Source of the DNA: Macrostomum lignano
Lineage: Eukaryota
NCBI GenBank assembly: GCA_002269645.1
Contig: NIVC01000380.1
Location: forward strand, 248,001 to 312,000
DNA length: 64,000 bases
Reading direction: 5' to 3'
Shown here: positions 10,765 to 23,072 of the stretch, piece by piece
How the letters are laid out: every line of letters starts with the position of its first letter
How positions within the stretch are numbered: position 1 is the first letter of the stretch
Made by a program: the position numbers and the translations under genes
Notes under the pieces: model-generated
Seen by the model: only the letters and a program-made list of their open reading frames with translations
Told to the model about the DNA's origin: nothing
Databases searched by the model: none

Positions 10765-11919
10765 ATGAGCACTCTGCACTACCTGCGAAGACTTTTATTG
10801 TTTGTCTCAGCACTCGGTAGCGTCGCAATATTAATTCAAATTCTCCTGAGTCTCCAGCCACAGCACACCTACAAGAAATCGAATCTCCAAGCCCAACAGC
10901 CAGAGACCCACAACAATGACAAAGAGGTTTTCAGACCCATCGATGCAGCTTTTGTTGACTCGAATTTCGACCATCTAAAAGCCATCATTCGAACTCAAAA
11001 GAGGCTGACCAGATACTGGAGCCAAGTAGACCAGATGATGAAGCACAGACGGCCAGTCATGCACTCGAACTCGTTGAGGCTGCACTCTCCATCGGGCCGC
11101 AACTATTCGAACGCTGATCTGCTCAAGCTGGGAAACGACGGTCTGGCTGTGCCGAATGTGGCTCACTTTGTGCTGCCGTTCGGCAACTCCGAACTGAAAT
11201 TTCACCATCGAGTCTGCCTTCTGAGCTGCGTGTGGCTCATGCGGCCCCGCCTGCTGTTCCTGTGGTACGAGAAGCCGCCAACGGGCCAGCATTGGGAGGC
11301 TGTGCAGCGGAACCTCAGCGAATCCGGTCTGTGGGAGTCCACAGTTGTGTTTGCTCGTCGCGATGTACCGTCAGTAATCTACGGCCTGCCGGTGCACAAA
11401 ATGGAGCACAAATCCGACCTGATGCGGCTGGAGGCGGTGCTGCAGTTCGGCGGCGCCTACTTCGACCTGGACGTCATCACGCTGAGGCCGTTGACTTCGC
11501 TGCGTCGTTTCAACTTCACCATCGGCAGGCAGTCGGTTGACGGCCTGTGCAATGGAGTGTTTCTGGCTGCGCCAAACAGCAGCTTCCTGGTGCTGTGGCA
11601 CCTGGCCTACCAGGTGTTCGACCAGTTTAAGTGGTCTGCCTTGTCAGTGAATCTGCCGCACCACATGTGCGCTTCTGAGGCCTTCCGTCACCTGTGCCAC
11701 GTGGAAGAGGATAGCATGGACCAGCCCACCTGGAACAGGATGGACCTGATCTACAAGCGGCCCAGAAAGTGGCCCTGGCAACGGAGGAACTACGTGATGC
11801 ACCTGTGGTACCGGTTCCACCCTGTGCAGTACAACATGAGCTCTATTCGGTCGGTGGACTCAATGCTTGGAGACATGTTTCGCTTCGTGCTGTTTGGAAA
11901 TGACAGCGTCATTCGGTAG
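10765..11919 (+). CDS. Type II membrane DXD glycosyltransferase (GT32/alpha-1,4-glycosyltransferase-like), intronless, 384 aa
   Basis: N-terminal TM anchor (LLLFVSALGSVAILIQILL). Motifs VPNVAHFV, KSDLMRLEAVLQFGGAYFDLDV, NGVFLA and HLW. Confidence 0.85.
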   Translation: MSTLHYLRRLLLFVSALGSVAILIQILLSLQPQHTYKKSNLQAQQPETHNNDKEVFRPIDAAFVDSNFDHLKAIIRTQKRLTRYWSQVDQMMKHRRPVMHSNSLRLHSPSGRNYSNADLLKLGNDGLAVPNVAHFVLPFGNSELKFHHRVCLLSCVWLMRPRLLFLWYEKPPTGQHWEAVQRNLSESGLWESTVVFARRDVPSVIYGLPVHKMEHKSDLMRLEAVLQFGGAYFDLDVITLRPLTSLRRFNFTIGRQSVDGLCNGVFLAAPNSSFLVLWHLAYQVFDQFKWSALSVNLPHHMCASEAFRHLCHVEEDSMDQPTWNRMDLIYKRPRKWPWQRRNYVMHLWYRFHPVQYNMSSIRSVDSMLGDMFRFVLFGNDSVIR

Positions 11920-12403
11920 CACAAGCTATGAAGTATCTCCTTGGTCTTGACCCAGGACTGTCTTGATTTCAATTTTTATAAGAGCACCCGCGACACGCAG
12001 GAGAACTAGGGGATCGAGCAGTTTTAATAATTTTTCTATGGCTTTGAATATTTTTTCATGGTCCCTGGAATTCGTATATAGTTAGTTCAAAAATATACTT
12101 GTATTTGCTCTTTTTATGTGGCATGTGCCCATTATTTTTGTTGCCTAGGCCTGTCCAAGTACGAAGGGACCCCTCTGTCTCCGCGTATTTGCCCAGGGGG
12201 GTTTCTTATGAAAGTATTGATGAAATATGGTTTAGAAATAGGAATATGCCGACAAACTATGCTTTATGATAGTCCTAGTTTTGCTTCTTTCCTACGAAAA
12301 TATGAATGAATAATGCTTTTCTGTTGAAATGAAGAATCTTTCAAATAAAAAGTATTTTACTTTGCAGGTAAATAGTTCATGACTAACTCTAATATTTTGT
12401 AAT

Positions 12404-12600
12404 ATGGATTCGGATTCAAGCTCAGACGACGACTTTTTCAAGATCCTCGACGTGAACGACAACCTAGAAGATTTCAGTAACGAATAAATTTTGATCCTGT
12501 ACGTCGACTTCTTCGGACATTTTCGACTGACTCGTGGCCTCCAAAAAGAAGACTTTGATTTACAAGAATATTGCGCAGCAACCATATTCTCTCTTCTTTC
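12404..12600 (+). pseudogene. Possible PIF/Harbinger nuclease N-terminal relic
   Basis: Acidic start MDSDSSSDDDFF, a stop, then FFGHFRLTR, which resembles the Harbinger F..FRM motif. Short and disrupted. Confidence 0.3.
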
Positions 12601-12921
12601 AATTGGCGCCCGACTCAAGCCATATGCCCATATTCAACAGCATTAAAAATTCGCCACCTTTGAGAGTGCGCAGTAAATTCTAGCTCAGTATTGACTTTTG
12701 AGTGACGCAACTTGCGCTAGTTGGGCTGGGTGAGGAGGGATTGCAGGAAGAGCGGAGGGCAAAGATTGGATGGATTTAAGCTTCATTTCAAAGTTTTTAT
12801 GTTTTTTTTCAAGCATTTTTTAATATCAAAATGATTTGCTACGAGCGTAGGTTAGAGACGCTGGTCGAAAGACACTACTCACTGGGGCAAACGATGGCGA
12901 CTTTTCATCGTTGCTGAGTAT

Positions 12922-14860
12922 ATGATTGCCTTTCACTGTGCAGATTGCCCCTTAAATCACAAACTCACATTGCTATCATTTCCAAGAGCCCTTTTCAGTA
13001 CAAGCTTTAAATGCTGCATGTCTACGGATGCTGCTCAACTTAAACAACCCAGGAATCTGGAGTGGACTTCCATAGCCAGCCTCTTTAAGACGCTGCTCTT
13101 TTTGAGAAATGGAAGCGAGAAAATCCGAGAAGACTTTGAGCCGGCGAAGTACTCCAAGATTTGCTCTCACGATTTTTATCCCCATGAATTCATTGAAGCA
13201 TCGGTGCACCATCAACGCCACACGCAATAAGAGAAGCGAGTCCCTGTCAAGGAGGTAACTGAAGCCTGGAGCGGTTCCATCCATCTGACAAGAAGGCATC
13301 GCGAGACACGACAGTGACATTGTCGGAGCCCATGGAGACAGAGCAGAGAGATCTGGAAGAAAGGGTTGGATTCTTTCTGGAAGTTGACTTCATTGATGAG
13401 ACGGACTTTCAGGAGATTCAGCGCAAGCTGGAGCAGGAAGCGACCAAGCCAGCTAGCTGGATTTCAGACGGCTATCCAGGACAACAAGCTCTGCGTCTAT
13501 ATGCTAGAGACGCAGCCAGAGTGCCGTGTATCTTGCTACATCTGCCTGGCAGAAGGCCTTACCATCACCTCACCGGCAGAAGATCAATTGCCAACGAACT
13601 GCCGCTAAAAGCAAGCATGTTTAGCGACTAACTGACTGGAGTAAAAACCTTTGACTCTCAGCCAGCTTGTGACTCTCATGTCGAGAATCGAGAATTAGAC
13701 TGAAGATTCCTGCAAGGCCGATTCGTCACTTGAGACCAAGGACAATTGGACTGTGAGCTTTGCCTTGGAGCAGCTGAGCAGGAAGCCATCGTGCACCAGG
13801 AGGTACTCCGAGGATCTCCTTTTGCTCTTCTACTTGATCTAATCTATCAGTGTCTCAGCATGCAAGACTATGCTTGAGCAGGACGTCATCTGCCTCCCAT
13901 CTGATCGCACGCCGCGGTCCATAACCGCAAGAGTTGGATCTCCAAGCGGTCTAGCACTGAGAGCTTCTAAGCTGTCACAGATGGAGAAAATCGTGACCCT
14001 GGTCATCGACGAGATCTACATCACAAGTAGGATTGAATCGGTGCCATCAGTCACGGACGGAGCAATAGGCCAGCCTGTGTTCATTCTATTTAATTTAATA
14101 CTGTGCACAGCTTGGAAAACAATTACAACTTTCACAGCCGATGTGTCCTTAAGTTTAGCCCTAATTCAATATTTTTCTCTATTATTGCCATATATTCTCA
14201 TCATAAATTCTAAATTACTGTATTATATTAGTAGCAGCAGTGTCTCCAAACGAATTGCTTTTGCGTGCTGTTGGTGTTTAACTCTTGTGACAAGCCCTCT
14301 GAGAGATACAATGACCCATTGCCCCTTGTTGCTCACACAATAGCTGGGAATGGAATGGATGTCTCACTAAAATGCGTATGGGGAGCTTCCAGTCCAGTGA
14401 TGCTATTTTTAGGAGTCCCTGCTCTGGCCCTCCTCAAATCACACCAGCCATAGCAGGTTCAAGCTCTACGTCTGGGGGCGCGGGCCGAAAGGCGGATGCA
14501 GACTGAGCCTAAATGACTTGACTCATAATGTTAAGCAACAACGCCGTCACAATTCACAATCGCTCTTCCAAATCAACACCCTTCATCAGCTGTACTCAAT
14601 CAAATAGAATCCGATAGAGCTTAAAAGTTTCGAAACGTTACACACAGCCTTTGGTGACCAAACCCCTTCACTCGCCACGGTTTTCGGTGGTACAGTGGTA
14701 CAAGTGGGGTCCAAGCGCCTTGATGTCGAGCCTCGGACTGGACGTCCAGCTTCTGCCGTCATGGTCGAGAGCACCGCTGCTGCTCAGAGAATTATTGACT
14801 GTGGGGACCGACAAGCGGCCTGTGCCGAGATCAGGGAGGCTCTGAGAAGCTGGTGAGTGC
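12922..14860 (+). pseudogene. Degenerate THAP-domain / P-element-like transposase
   Basis: THAP-like pieces (HCADCP, LLSFPR, KICSHDFYP) and a P-element core motif (EKIVTLVIDEIYI), spread over several frames with stops. Confidence 0.65.
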
Positions 14861-14964
14861 TTTGGTCACAGAAGACCAAAAAGCGGACGGGATGCGTTGG
14901 TGCGAGTTCATACTCAAAAAATTTACTCTGGGCAGATTAAAGCCTTGCTGGGAAAACATAAAGC

Positions 14965-15237
14965 TCGCACATCACAGGTAAGGAGATCTGAGATCGGACA
15001 CACCATCCTTGAGATCAGACACACCACTTCACAGATCGGACACAGCACTCCACAGATCGGACACACCACTCTAGAGATCAGACACACCACTCCACAGATC
15101 GAACACACCCACTCCAGAGATCAGACACACCACGGCACAGATCGGACACACCCACTCTAGAGATCAGACACACCACGGCACAGATCGAACACACCCACTC
15201 CAGAGATCGAACACACCACTCCAGAGATCGGACACAA
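14965..15237. repeat. Tandem repeat of cagatcggacacaccactc-type units
   Basis: Visible ~19-21-bp units. Confidence 0.9.
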
Positions 15238-15739
15238 ATCTTCTGAAAAACCTCTTACGTGAAACGCACCGAATAAAACGAGATTTCGCCTGGCGAAAAC
15301 AGCATTGACGTCATTAGTTGGATACTTGCAAAATCACAACTTAGAATAGGGGCAGGCGTAAAGCGCACTGCAGATGATAGCCTATAGACCGTAGCCCGTA
15401 GCCTAGTCTGTCTCGTACTTCAAAGACATGCCAAAACGCCATTGCTAGCCAAGTTTCTAAAAGAAGGCGGGGAACAGAGATACATGTAAATAAAAATTAG
15501 GACAATAGGGGCAGAGCGGGAGACCACTCTGTAGCAGTAGACAGAAGCAGCAGAGCTCATTGGGATCGGATTTATCCCATCTCAGTGGCAGGAGCCGCTG
15601 GACAGCGCGACAAACAGCGGCCTGTTTGACGAGCTCAAAGCCAACCCGAAGATGCCTGACGACCGTGGAACTGGAGAGACGGCTTGCAGTGTACAAGGGA
15701 ACAGAATTCGGAAGCGGAAAAAATATTCAGACTTTATAT

Positions 15740-16340
15740 TTCGACTTTATACTTTTTATAGATCGACAGGCTGGTCGAAGTGCATAGCAGCGAGCGTCGG
15801 TCTGGTTTTCAACACGCTGAAGACCGAGGGGCTGACTGTGCCGGTAGACATCCCAGCGGATCTGACGTGCCGCGGCGCAGACGGGCAGACGACCAAGCTC
15901 GCACGCTGCCAGCGGTTCACCTACCTCGGCGGTCTGGTGCCCCACGTGGAGGAAGACCTCCGGTGGCGTAGAGGACTTGCCTTCCGTTCGATCCGAGCCG
16001 TCTTCCAGTCCGAAGCGCTGCCACACCGCCAGAGGGTTCGGCTGTGACAGGCGGTGGTCGAAACCGTCCTGCTGTACAACGCCGAGACGTGGAGCTGCGA
16101 CGCCCGTTCATCATCCTGCGCTGGCGGCGACTTCAACTGGCGGACCACGTGATCCGGGCCGAGGGCTACTGCCCCCAACCTATTCAGGACGTTCTGCTGC
16201 TCACCTTGCAGGTCCCGTTCAGGCGGGATCAGGCCCGAACCAGTCGATACGTGGATTGCATGCTATGCGACGATGGGGCGCCTGACACTGCCAACGGGGC
16301 GGACTTTGTCCGCTGTCAGGCTCTGTGGAGCGCCATCTGA
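15740..16340 (+). mobile_element. 5'-truncated RTE-like non-LTR retrotransposon fragment (RT C-terminus)
   Basis: VGLVFNTLKT...FTYLGG...AFRSIRAVFQSEALP...VETVLLYNAETW, with frameshifts. Confidence 0.7.
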
Positions 16341-17106
16341 CGCACCCTGCTCTAAGTGTGACTTTTGCATGCGGGCTGCGTACATGTACGTTGTTGTTGT
16401 TCGAGCCTTCTTTAACTTACTTTTTCGCTTTTCGCGCACAAAAATTATTCGAGGTCGTTAAAGCGCTCAAAAGTCGAGCATTAACAACATTATCAAATAA
16501 AAAGGGTGTATAGGATTTCTATATAGTTCCTGATCTAAACAATGATTTCTTATACTAAGTGGGTTACTTGATTTGTTTTAAATTACTTACGAGCGTGTCA
16601 AGGTCAGTTGAAGGCAAAAAGTAGACAAAAAGAAGTAAGACATGAAGACGTTTATCTTTTAATGCCTTGGGGGGGGGTCATTTGAAGCCAGGGTTGTATG
16701 TATATATATATTTTTTAAATAAAATACCGGGCGAAGTATGGAATGAAAATATTTTGCTGTCTTTTAGTTTGTTTACCACAGTCTCCTGCGTATTGATAAT
16801 TATGTGTTAGATTATTTTTCTAGTTTATTGTGCTTCCACAGATATGCAGGGATTAGAATTTTAATGCCTTTTGCCTCGAAGACAAGTTGAACCTGCTTGG
16901 TAAGATTTTGGTTGAGAAAGTCAAATTGAATAATAAAGTTGATTGAATTATTTAAGGATTGAAAAGTATATTGTGCTATAGCTAACTAATTGGATTGAAA
17001 GAGCGCACACAAAAGCACGGAGGGGAGTAGAGGCGTGGCATAGTGATTGTAGTTTTTGTCAGCTGCTCATAGCAGAGATTGATGCTCCAGCCGTCTTGAT
17101 GAGCTC

Positions 17107-17673
17107 TCACTCCTGGAAGTAGTGACGGCAGAACCTGCGCTGGCGCACCTGCCAGATCTGCAGGCTGGTCAGAGCGGTGCAGATGTTCTCAACGCATTCG
17201 GCCAGAGGCTTGTACTCGTAGCCCCGGTGCAGCCAGTGGATCACGTGACTCACGTCCAGGCGGAGGCAGTGGCTGAGCTCCTTCCTGGGGGTCTCGGCGT
17301 CCTCGGCGGCGCTGCAGTGTGGTGGCAGTTTTTGGTTGGGGAATATCAGCATGCCGAGTCATCAAGGAGCCACGCCTTGAGCCAAAACCCCTACTTACCG
17401 AACGATCTGGGCTTTGGAGCGCTGGCAGTTGCCGGGCTTGGCCACCGTGATGTAGACGGTGCCGCCAGCCTGCGGGTACAGCAGGATCACGGATCTGCAG
17501 TAGTGCTTGAACTCGGTGCAGCCGGGCATGGGCTGAGCCAGACCAAGCAGGGTGGCCTGGCGCAGAGAGGCGCTGGCGGTGCTGTTCCCGCTCAGGCACT
17601 CGTAGCTGGCAGCGGCCGAGGCCGCCATCAGGGCGATGGCAGCCAGGAGCAGCGCAGCGGATACGGTCGACAT
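17107..17673 (-). CDS. Secreted cysteine-rich protein, 2 exons (17673-17399, 17311-17107), ~159 aa, family not recognised
   Basis: Signal peptide MSTVSAALLLAAIALMAASAAA. An 87-nt GTAAGT...CTGCAG phase-2 intron joins the 92-aa and 81-aa ORFs in frame. 8 Cys. Confidence 0.75.
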
Positions 17674-18439
17674 CCTTGGTTGAACAGCTGAAAGTCTCGA
17701 GTTTGTTCAGCGCTGCGTAGATCCTCCGCTTGTCTGTGAAAGAGTTTCTGAGCACCGAATTTTTGCTTGTAGTTATGCTTGTATTTATAGAAAATTGTCC
17801 TCTGAGGTGGGTGAACTGGGATGGGTTGTAGCTGGATGGCTAGCTGAGATTTAAACGAATCGTCTGTAAGTACTAATTAAAACTGGAGGGCTTATTAGCA
17901 GGTAGACAGACAGGTGGTTATAAAATATCGAACTCGCCAATATCCACTACGGTTATGGCTCAAATGCATATTCTGTGAAAAATGAATTGAGTCGACAGAA
18001 TATAACATATAAAGTATGAGTGGGGCTCGGTCCCCCACGTCCCTGGCAGTTTTAGATTCCAGTTTTAGTTGCTATGACGCAACTGTGGATGGATTTCAGC
18101 CGTCTGCAGCTCAATCAATGTTGGCGCAATCCATAGAGAAAAGTTGCTTTACCGGCGGCCGGTTTTCGCTGCAAGAAGAATTTTTGGGATAGGAAGCTTT
18201 CAATGCTTTAGCACTAAGCTAACAATGACAAAAACAAGACGCAAGCCAGAAAACTAAAGAGTGCGTCAGTCTGCGTTGAGCGCTCCAGCGTTGCACAGCA
18301 GGAATTTCACGTATTGTCGGTTTCGCGAATGTCTCCGTCTAAATAGGCCATGCAAGGTGAAAATTCAACCGTCCTGTATCGTGGGGCAGGCAGCTCTCGG
18401 CTCGAATCTCGTGTCCCGCCAGTTGGAGTCGGCCTACCG

Positions 18440-18760
18440 GCGCAAACGGCGTCAGCTCAAACGACCGCACAGAAAAGCCTCGAGTCCGCCGATCCAGCAT
18501 GACCATCAGCATCCACGGTTCGGCGTTGTACAGCTGGCCAGTCTTGACCACCGTCTAGCACAGCCGAGTCCTGTGGCGGTCGGGCAGCGCTTCGGACTGA
18601 AGGACAGCCCGGATGGAGGCCGCCCAGGCAAGTCATCTGCGCCACCAGATTTCCTTGTCCAAGTGGGGCACCAGACAGATGAGGTCTCACAATGTGGTCT
18701 CACGCTTTTTGGGCCTTATATGTTCCCCCAGCGCCACCGGCGGCTCCAGGTTAGGAGCAG
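18440..18760 (-). mobile_element. Second RTE-like fragment, same family as 15740-16340, more decayed
   Basis: Translates to LVPHLDKEIWWRR*LAWAASIRAVLQSEALPDR...LYNAEPW, homologous to the + strand copy. Confidence 0.7.
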
Positions 18761-20286
18761 CCGAGGGTGGGGCCAACTGGAGCTGTTAGCACTGTTTATA
18801 CAGATATACAAATATAATGGCTCTGCAAATACAATGGCTCATATGTAAAGACTCGATGCAGTAGTTGTAGCCAGAAGTAGAATTGATTTGAGAACCGTCA
18901 GTGAAGCAGCGGATTTTACTGGGTTGCCAACTGTCTCTTTCTCCACGGCGCGGTGGAATGCTGGTTTTGAAGTTAAGCCGTGGGCAGAGCGTGGGCGGAA
19001 TTCCGTCCGAGAGGGTCAGCAGGCCTCCCGCTGCTTTCAGTTCTCACAGGCGGAGGTGAAAGCGAACTGCTTCGTCTGGATAAGGAGGCTCTCGTCTAAG
19101 AGTTCAAGGGGTCAAGTGGGACAAGGTCGCGAAAGATCAAGACCGCCCGCTGAGAACAAAGTTCATGAAACAATCCCCAGGTGCTTTAGACACGATTGAG
19201 GCAATATTGTGGTGCTTGCGAACGGAATCTTGAGGAATCCATGACTCCTTGCTATTCTCTTCTTTGAAAAGTACAGTGCACTTCTGGGATGCATGTAAAT
19301 ATAGACTCGGTGGTGTAGATATCGCTCACGTCATAAAATTTTCGGAAGAAAACTACTCAGAATTTACGACTATAACGATTAAAATCTACCGGATAGGAAC
19401 ATTTTTCAGAGTCTCTTTTTCTCCTACAAGACGTGGCTTCGAGAAGACCTGTATCAGGACCAGCTGTTGGCCAAGGCGTCGAACTTAGCAGGGGTTCCGA
19501 CAGTGATTCCGATGCTACCTCTGAGGACGTAGCATCCTTGGCAATCCTACTGTTGCGAGAAAAGCACATGATGAAGTTAGTGCGTTTGGATTAATCCATG
19601 AGCTAAATGTATCGTTTCGGACTTGGTAGAAACCATCCAATATTCGATGTGTTTTAACCGCTACAAAAGCAAATAATGTTTCCCTACCAGTAAATCCCTA
19701 CGCCATGACACACGAGGGGCCAGGAATTCAAAGGATATCTAAAAAAATTGTCTGCCTGTCCGTCCGTTTGAGATTCGAGAATAAAGACAAGTGATTCTAG
19801 AAATCCAGCCAGTCTTTACCAGCTGCCGGAGCTCAGGTGCAATATATATGTGTGTGTGGCAATCAGTGCATCAACATACGAGTAACAAGGCAAACTGCAA
19901 TTAGAAACACCTACTCAGGCTGGCGAACAATCTTGCACAAATTGATAATTGTGCCCCCGTAGCAGTTCCGTCTGGTGCTCAGCTGCATAAACATAAAAAG
20001 CGTGTCTGAGCTGAAATTACTCCACTCGGGATTCGGGATCGCGCATCAGCAGATAAACAGCCTGCCAGACAGATCGTACTCAGACAGTTCGAGCGTACTC
20101 TGCTTGCCTTGCACCAAGCGTTCTGGGCGGTGAGCCAGGGCTAAAAAGTCTGCTGTGTTTGACTATTGGGCATTTTTCCAAGGCAGGCAAAAATATATAT
20201 TTGCTACTAAATGAAAATATGTAAATAACGAAAAATAGGAAAAACTGACACGAACACCTCAGCACTTGATTACCATTCTAACGGTC

Positions 20287-21185
20287 AGTGGGTGACACAG
20301 GAGGCAGTGGGTGACACCGGAGGCAGTGGGTGACACAGGAGGCAGTGGGTGACACAGGAGGCAGAGGGTGACACCGGAGGCAGTGGGTGACGCAAGAGGC
20401 AGTGGGTGGTGACACAGGAGGCAGAGGGTGACACCGGAGGCAGTGGGTGACGCAAGAGGCAGTGGGTGGTGACACAGGAGGCAGTGGGTGACACAGGAGG
20501 CAGTGGGTGACACAGAAGGCAGTGGGTGACACAGGAGGCAGTGGGTGACACAAGAGGCAGTGGGTGACACAGGAGGCAGTGGGTGACACAGAAGGCAGTG
20601 GGTGACACAGGAGGCAGTGGGTCCCACAGAAGGCAGTGGGTGACACAGGAGGCAGTGGGTGACGCAGAAGGCAGTGGGTGACACAGAAGGCAGTGGGTCC
20701 CACAGAAGGCAGTGGGTGACACAGGAGGCAGTGGGTGACGCAGAAGGCAGTGGGTGACACAAGAGGCAGTGGGTCCCACAGAAGGCAGTGGGTGACACAG
20801 GAGGCAGTGGGTGACGCAGAAGGCAGTGGGTGACACAGGAGGCAGTGGGTGACGCAGAAGGCAGTGGGTGACACAAGAGGCAGTGGGTCCCACAGAAGGC
20901 AGTGGGTGGCACAGGGGGCAGTGGGTCCCACAGAAGGCAGTGGGTGGCACAGGGGGCAGTGGGTGACACCGGAGGCAGTGGGTGGCACAGGGGGCAGTGG
21001 GTGACACCGGAGGCAGTGGGTGACACAGAAGGCAGTGGGTGACACAGGAGGCAGTGGGTGACGCAGAAGGCAGTGGGTGACACAGGAGGCAGTGGGTGAC
21101 GCAGAAGGCAGTGGGTGACACAGGAGGCAGTGGGTGACACAGGAGGCAGTGGGTGACGCAGAAGGCAGTGGGTGACGCAGAAGTC
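20287..21185. repeat. 19-bp minisatellite (gggtgacacaggaggcagt)
   Basis: More than 45 units. The three long minus-strand ORFs are repeat artefacts. Confidence 0.97.
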
Positions 21186-23072
21186 AGTGCCCAGTGTGAC
21201 ACGTCTTTGCATTCGAGAAACGCAGATGAAAATAAAGGAGCATTTAACCAAGGATTCTTGTCTCTCTGTTTGTTGAGCCATAAATAAAAAGTAGCAATAT
21301 GACAAGATGTTAATTTTGCGAAGTTTCTGACGAGGGTTGATTTTCGTCCTGAGCAAAGACAAGACTTGGCCAAGCATTGATCGTTACGCAAATTGACGTC
21401 AACAGTAAAAGTTTGCTTAGATTCTGTCAATTCTATTTTTCAGTTTCAAAAATAGTTTTAAAACTGTCAAGCAAAAACATTTTTTCGTCTTCCAATTCGC
21501 AAAATCGGTATTTTCTAGCTCAATCGAGCGCGAAAAAAGTCTCTTTTTGGAATGAACGGTTGCAACGGATCCGTTGTTAGAGACAGAAGATTTGCAATTT
21601 GTGTATGCCAGTCTTGTTTCTAGGACAAAAAATAGCAGGGCCAGACTTACGTGAGGGTAATTATGGCAGCTGCACTTTCAGAGTGCATGATGAAAACGGA
21701 AAAAATTAGTATTTGAGGGTTACATTACAGTATTTTCAGCGTAAAAATAGAGACAGGTGACTTGTTAGAGGATAAAAATTAGCCTTTTAAAGGAGTGTGC
21801 TGCTCAGAGAAGCTCAATGTTAATACACTTATCTGCTGAAAATGAAGATTTATTGGATTGGAGCCTTCTTAATGTATTTTCAGTAAGATTTTAGGACCAG
21901 AGCAGAGCAGAGTCCGGTTCCGTGACCGATTCGTGCTTTCAGACGGAGAAAATTAAAGAAAGACGAGATAGGAGTATGCAAAATAGCAAGTCTTTGCGAT
22001 ATCTGTTTGGAAGATACAATTGTATTTTGAGTAGAAGCCGCTCTCTAATAATGTTTTTTTTGCACGTGAGGTATGGCTGCGTGGGCCAAATGACGTAGAT
22101 GCGAGAAGTGATTGCAGGGTAGGACCCAGGTGCAGCGCCACTGGGGGCGACAGGGGGCCAAAAAGAATGCCTGCTGCGCCGAAATGAGTGCTGACAACAC
22201 GGATTCTCAAAAATAATGTACATGCTGGAATTCAGTCATGCACGTGTAGAATTCTTGGTTTTGTCCCCCCCCCATCATAAAACCCATGGCAACGCTCTTG
22301 GTGTACCCTATAGAGAAATATACTTGATCAAGCCCACACGCAATTCCAATTGTGTTTCTGGTGTGTAAAAGTGGTTGGATGACATTCTGAGAACAGGATA
22401 AGTTAAAAGAGGGAAAACTCAGGCACACTGTGTGTAAAATTGAATGTCCTACATAAAACAATGAAATCAGGAGAAAGTGTATCAAATCAGACTCCGATGA
22501 TTTTTTGAATGAATCGCCATTTTCCCGTTCTTAGTAGTCAGTTGTCCCCCTAGTAGCGGCTTGCACGGGCGTATTCAGCATGCCAGTGAAGTATGAGACG
22601 GACCAGGCCCAAGGGTCTGCGATGCTTCATGCCTGCCCCCATCTTCAGCAGGTAAAGGCCGGTGGGAGGTCTGCACCCTCTATTTGCCTCTGGCAGCCGC
22701 AGACTCCCCCCCCCCTACGCTGTCTCGCAAGCCGACCCAGGGGTACCCGTCCCCGCGAGTGTTCAAGGCAGACCCTAGGACGGCCGAACAGACTGGGCTC
22801 CGGCGCTGGGGACCCATCCAGTGGCTCTTGTCGAACTTGGGTATGCGGGTCTGGCTGCCAGTCCACAGGCCGTGGTACTGCTCAACGACCCTCTAATGCA
22901 TATGGTGTTTGACCGTGCCGATGGGCTGGAAGGCCGGGGAGTAGTCCGGTCGCAAGCGGTCCCCCTCCTGGCGTCGGGCCAGCCTTGAGAGTTCTTTTGG
23001 CCTACTGCCCGGTCAGGTGGAGCGGCCGGGTGGGTACCGCGCCCCTTCGAGGGTAGCCCACCAACCTTTATC

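Noticed and set aside
20259-21430. Three Cys/His-rich ORFs of 255-381 aa
   Set aside because: Stop-free 19-bp repeat that is open in all minus frames.
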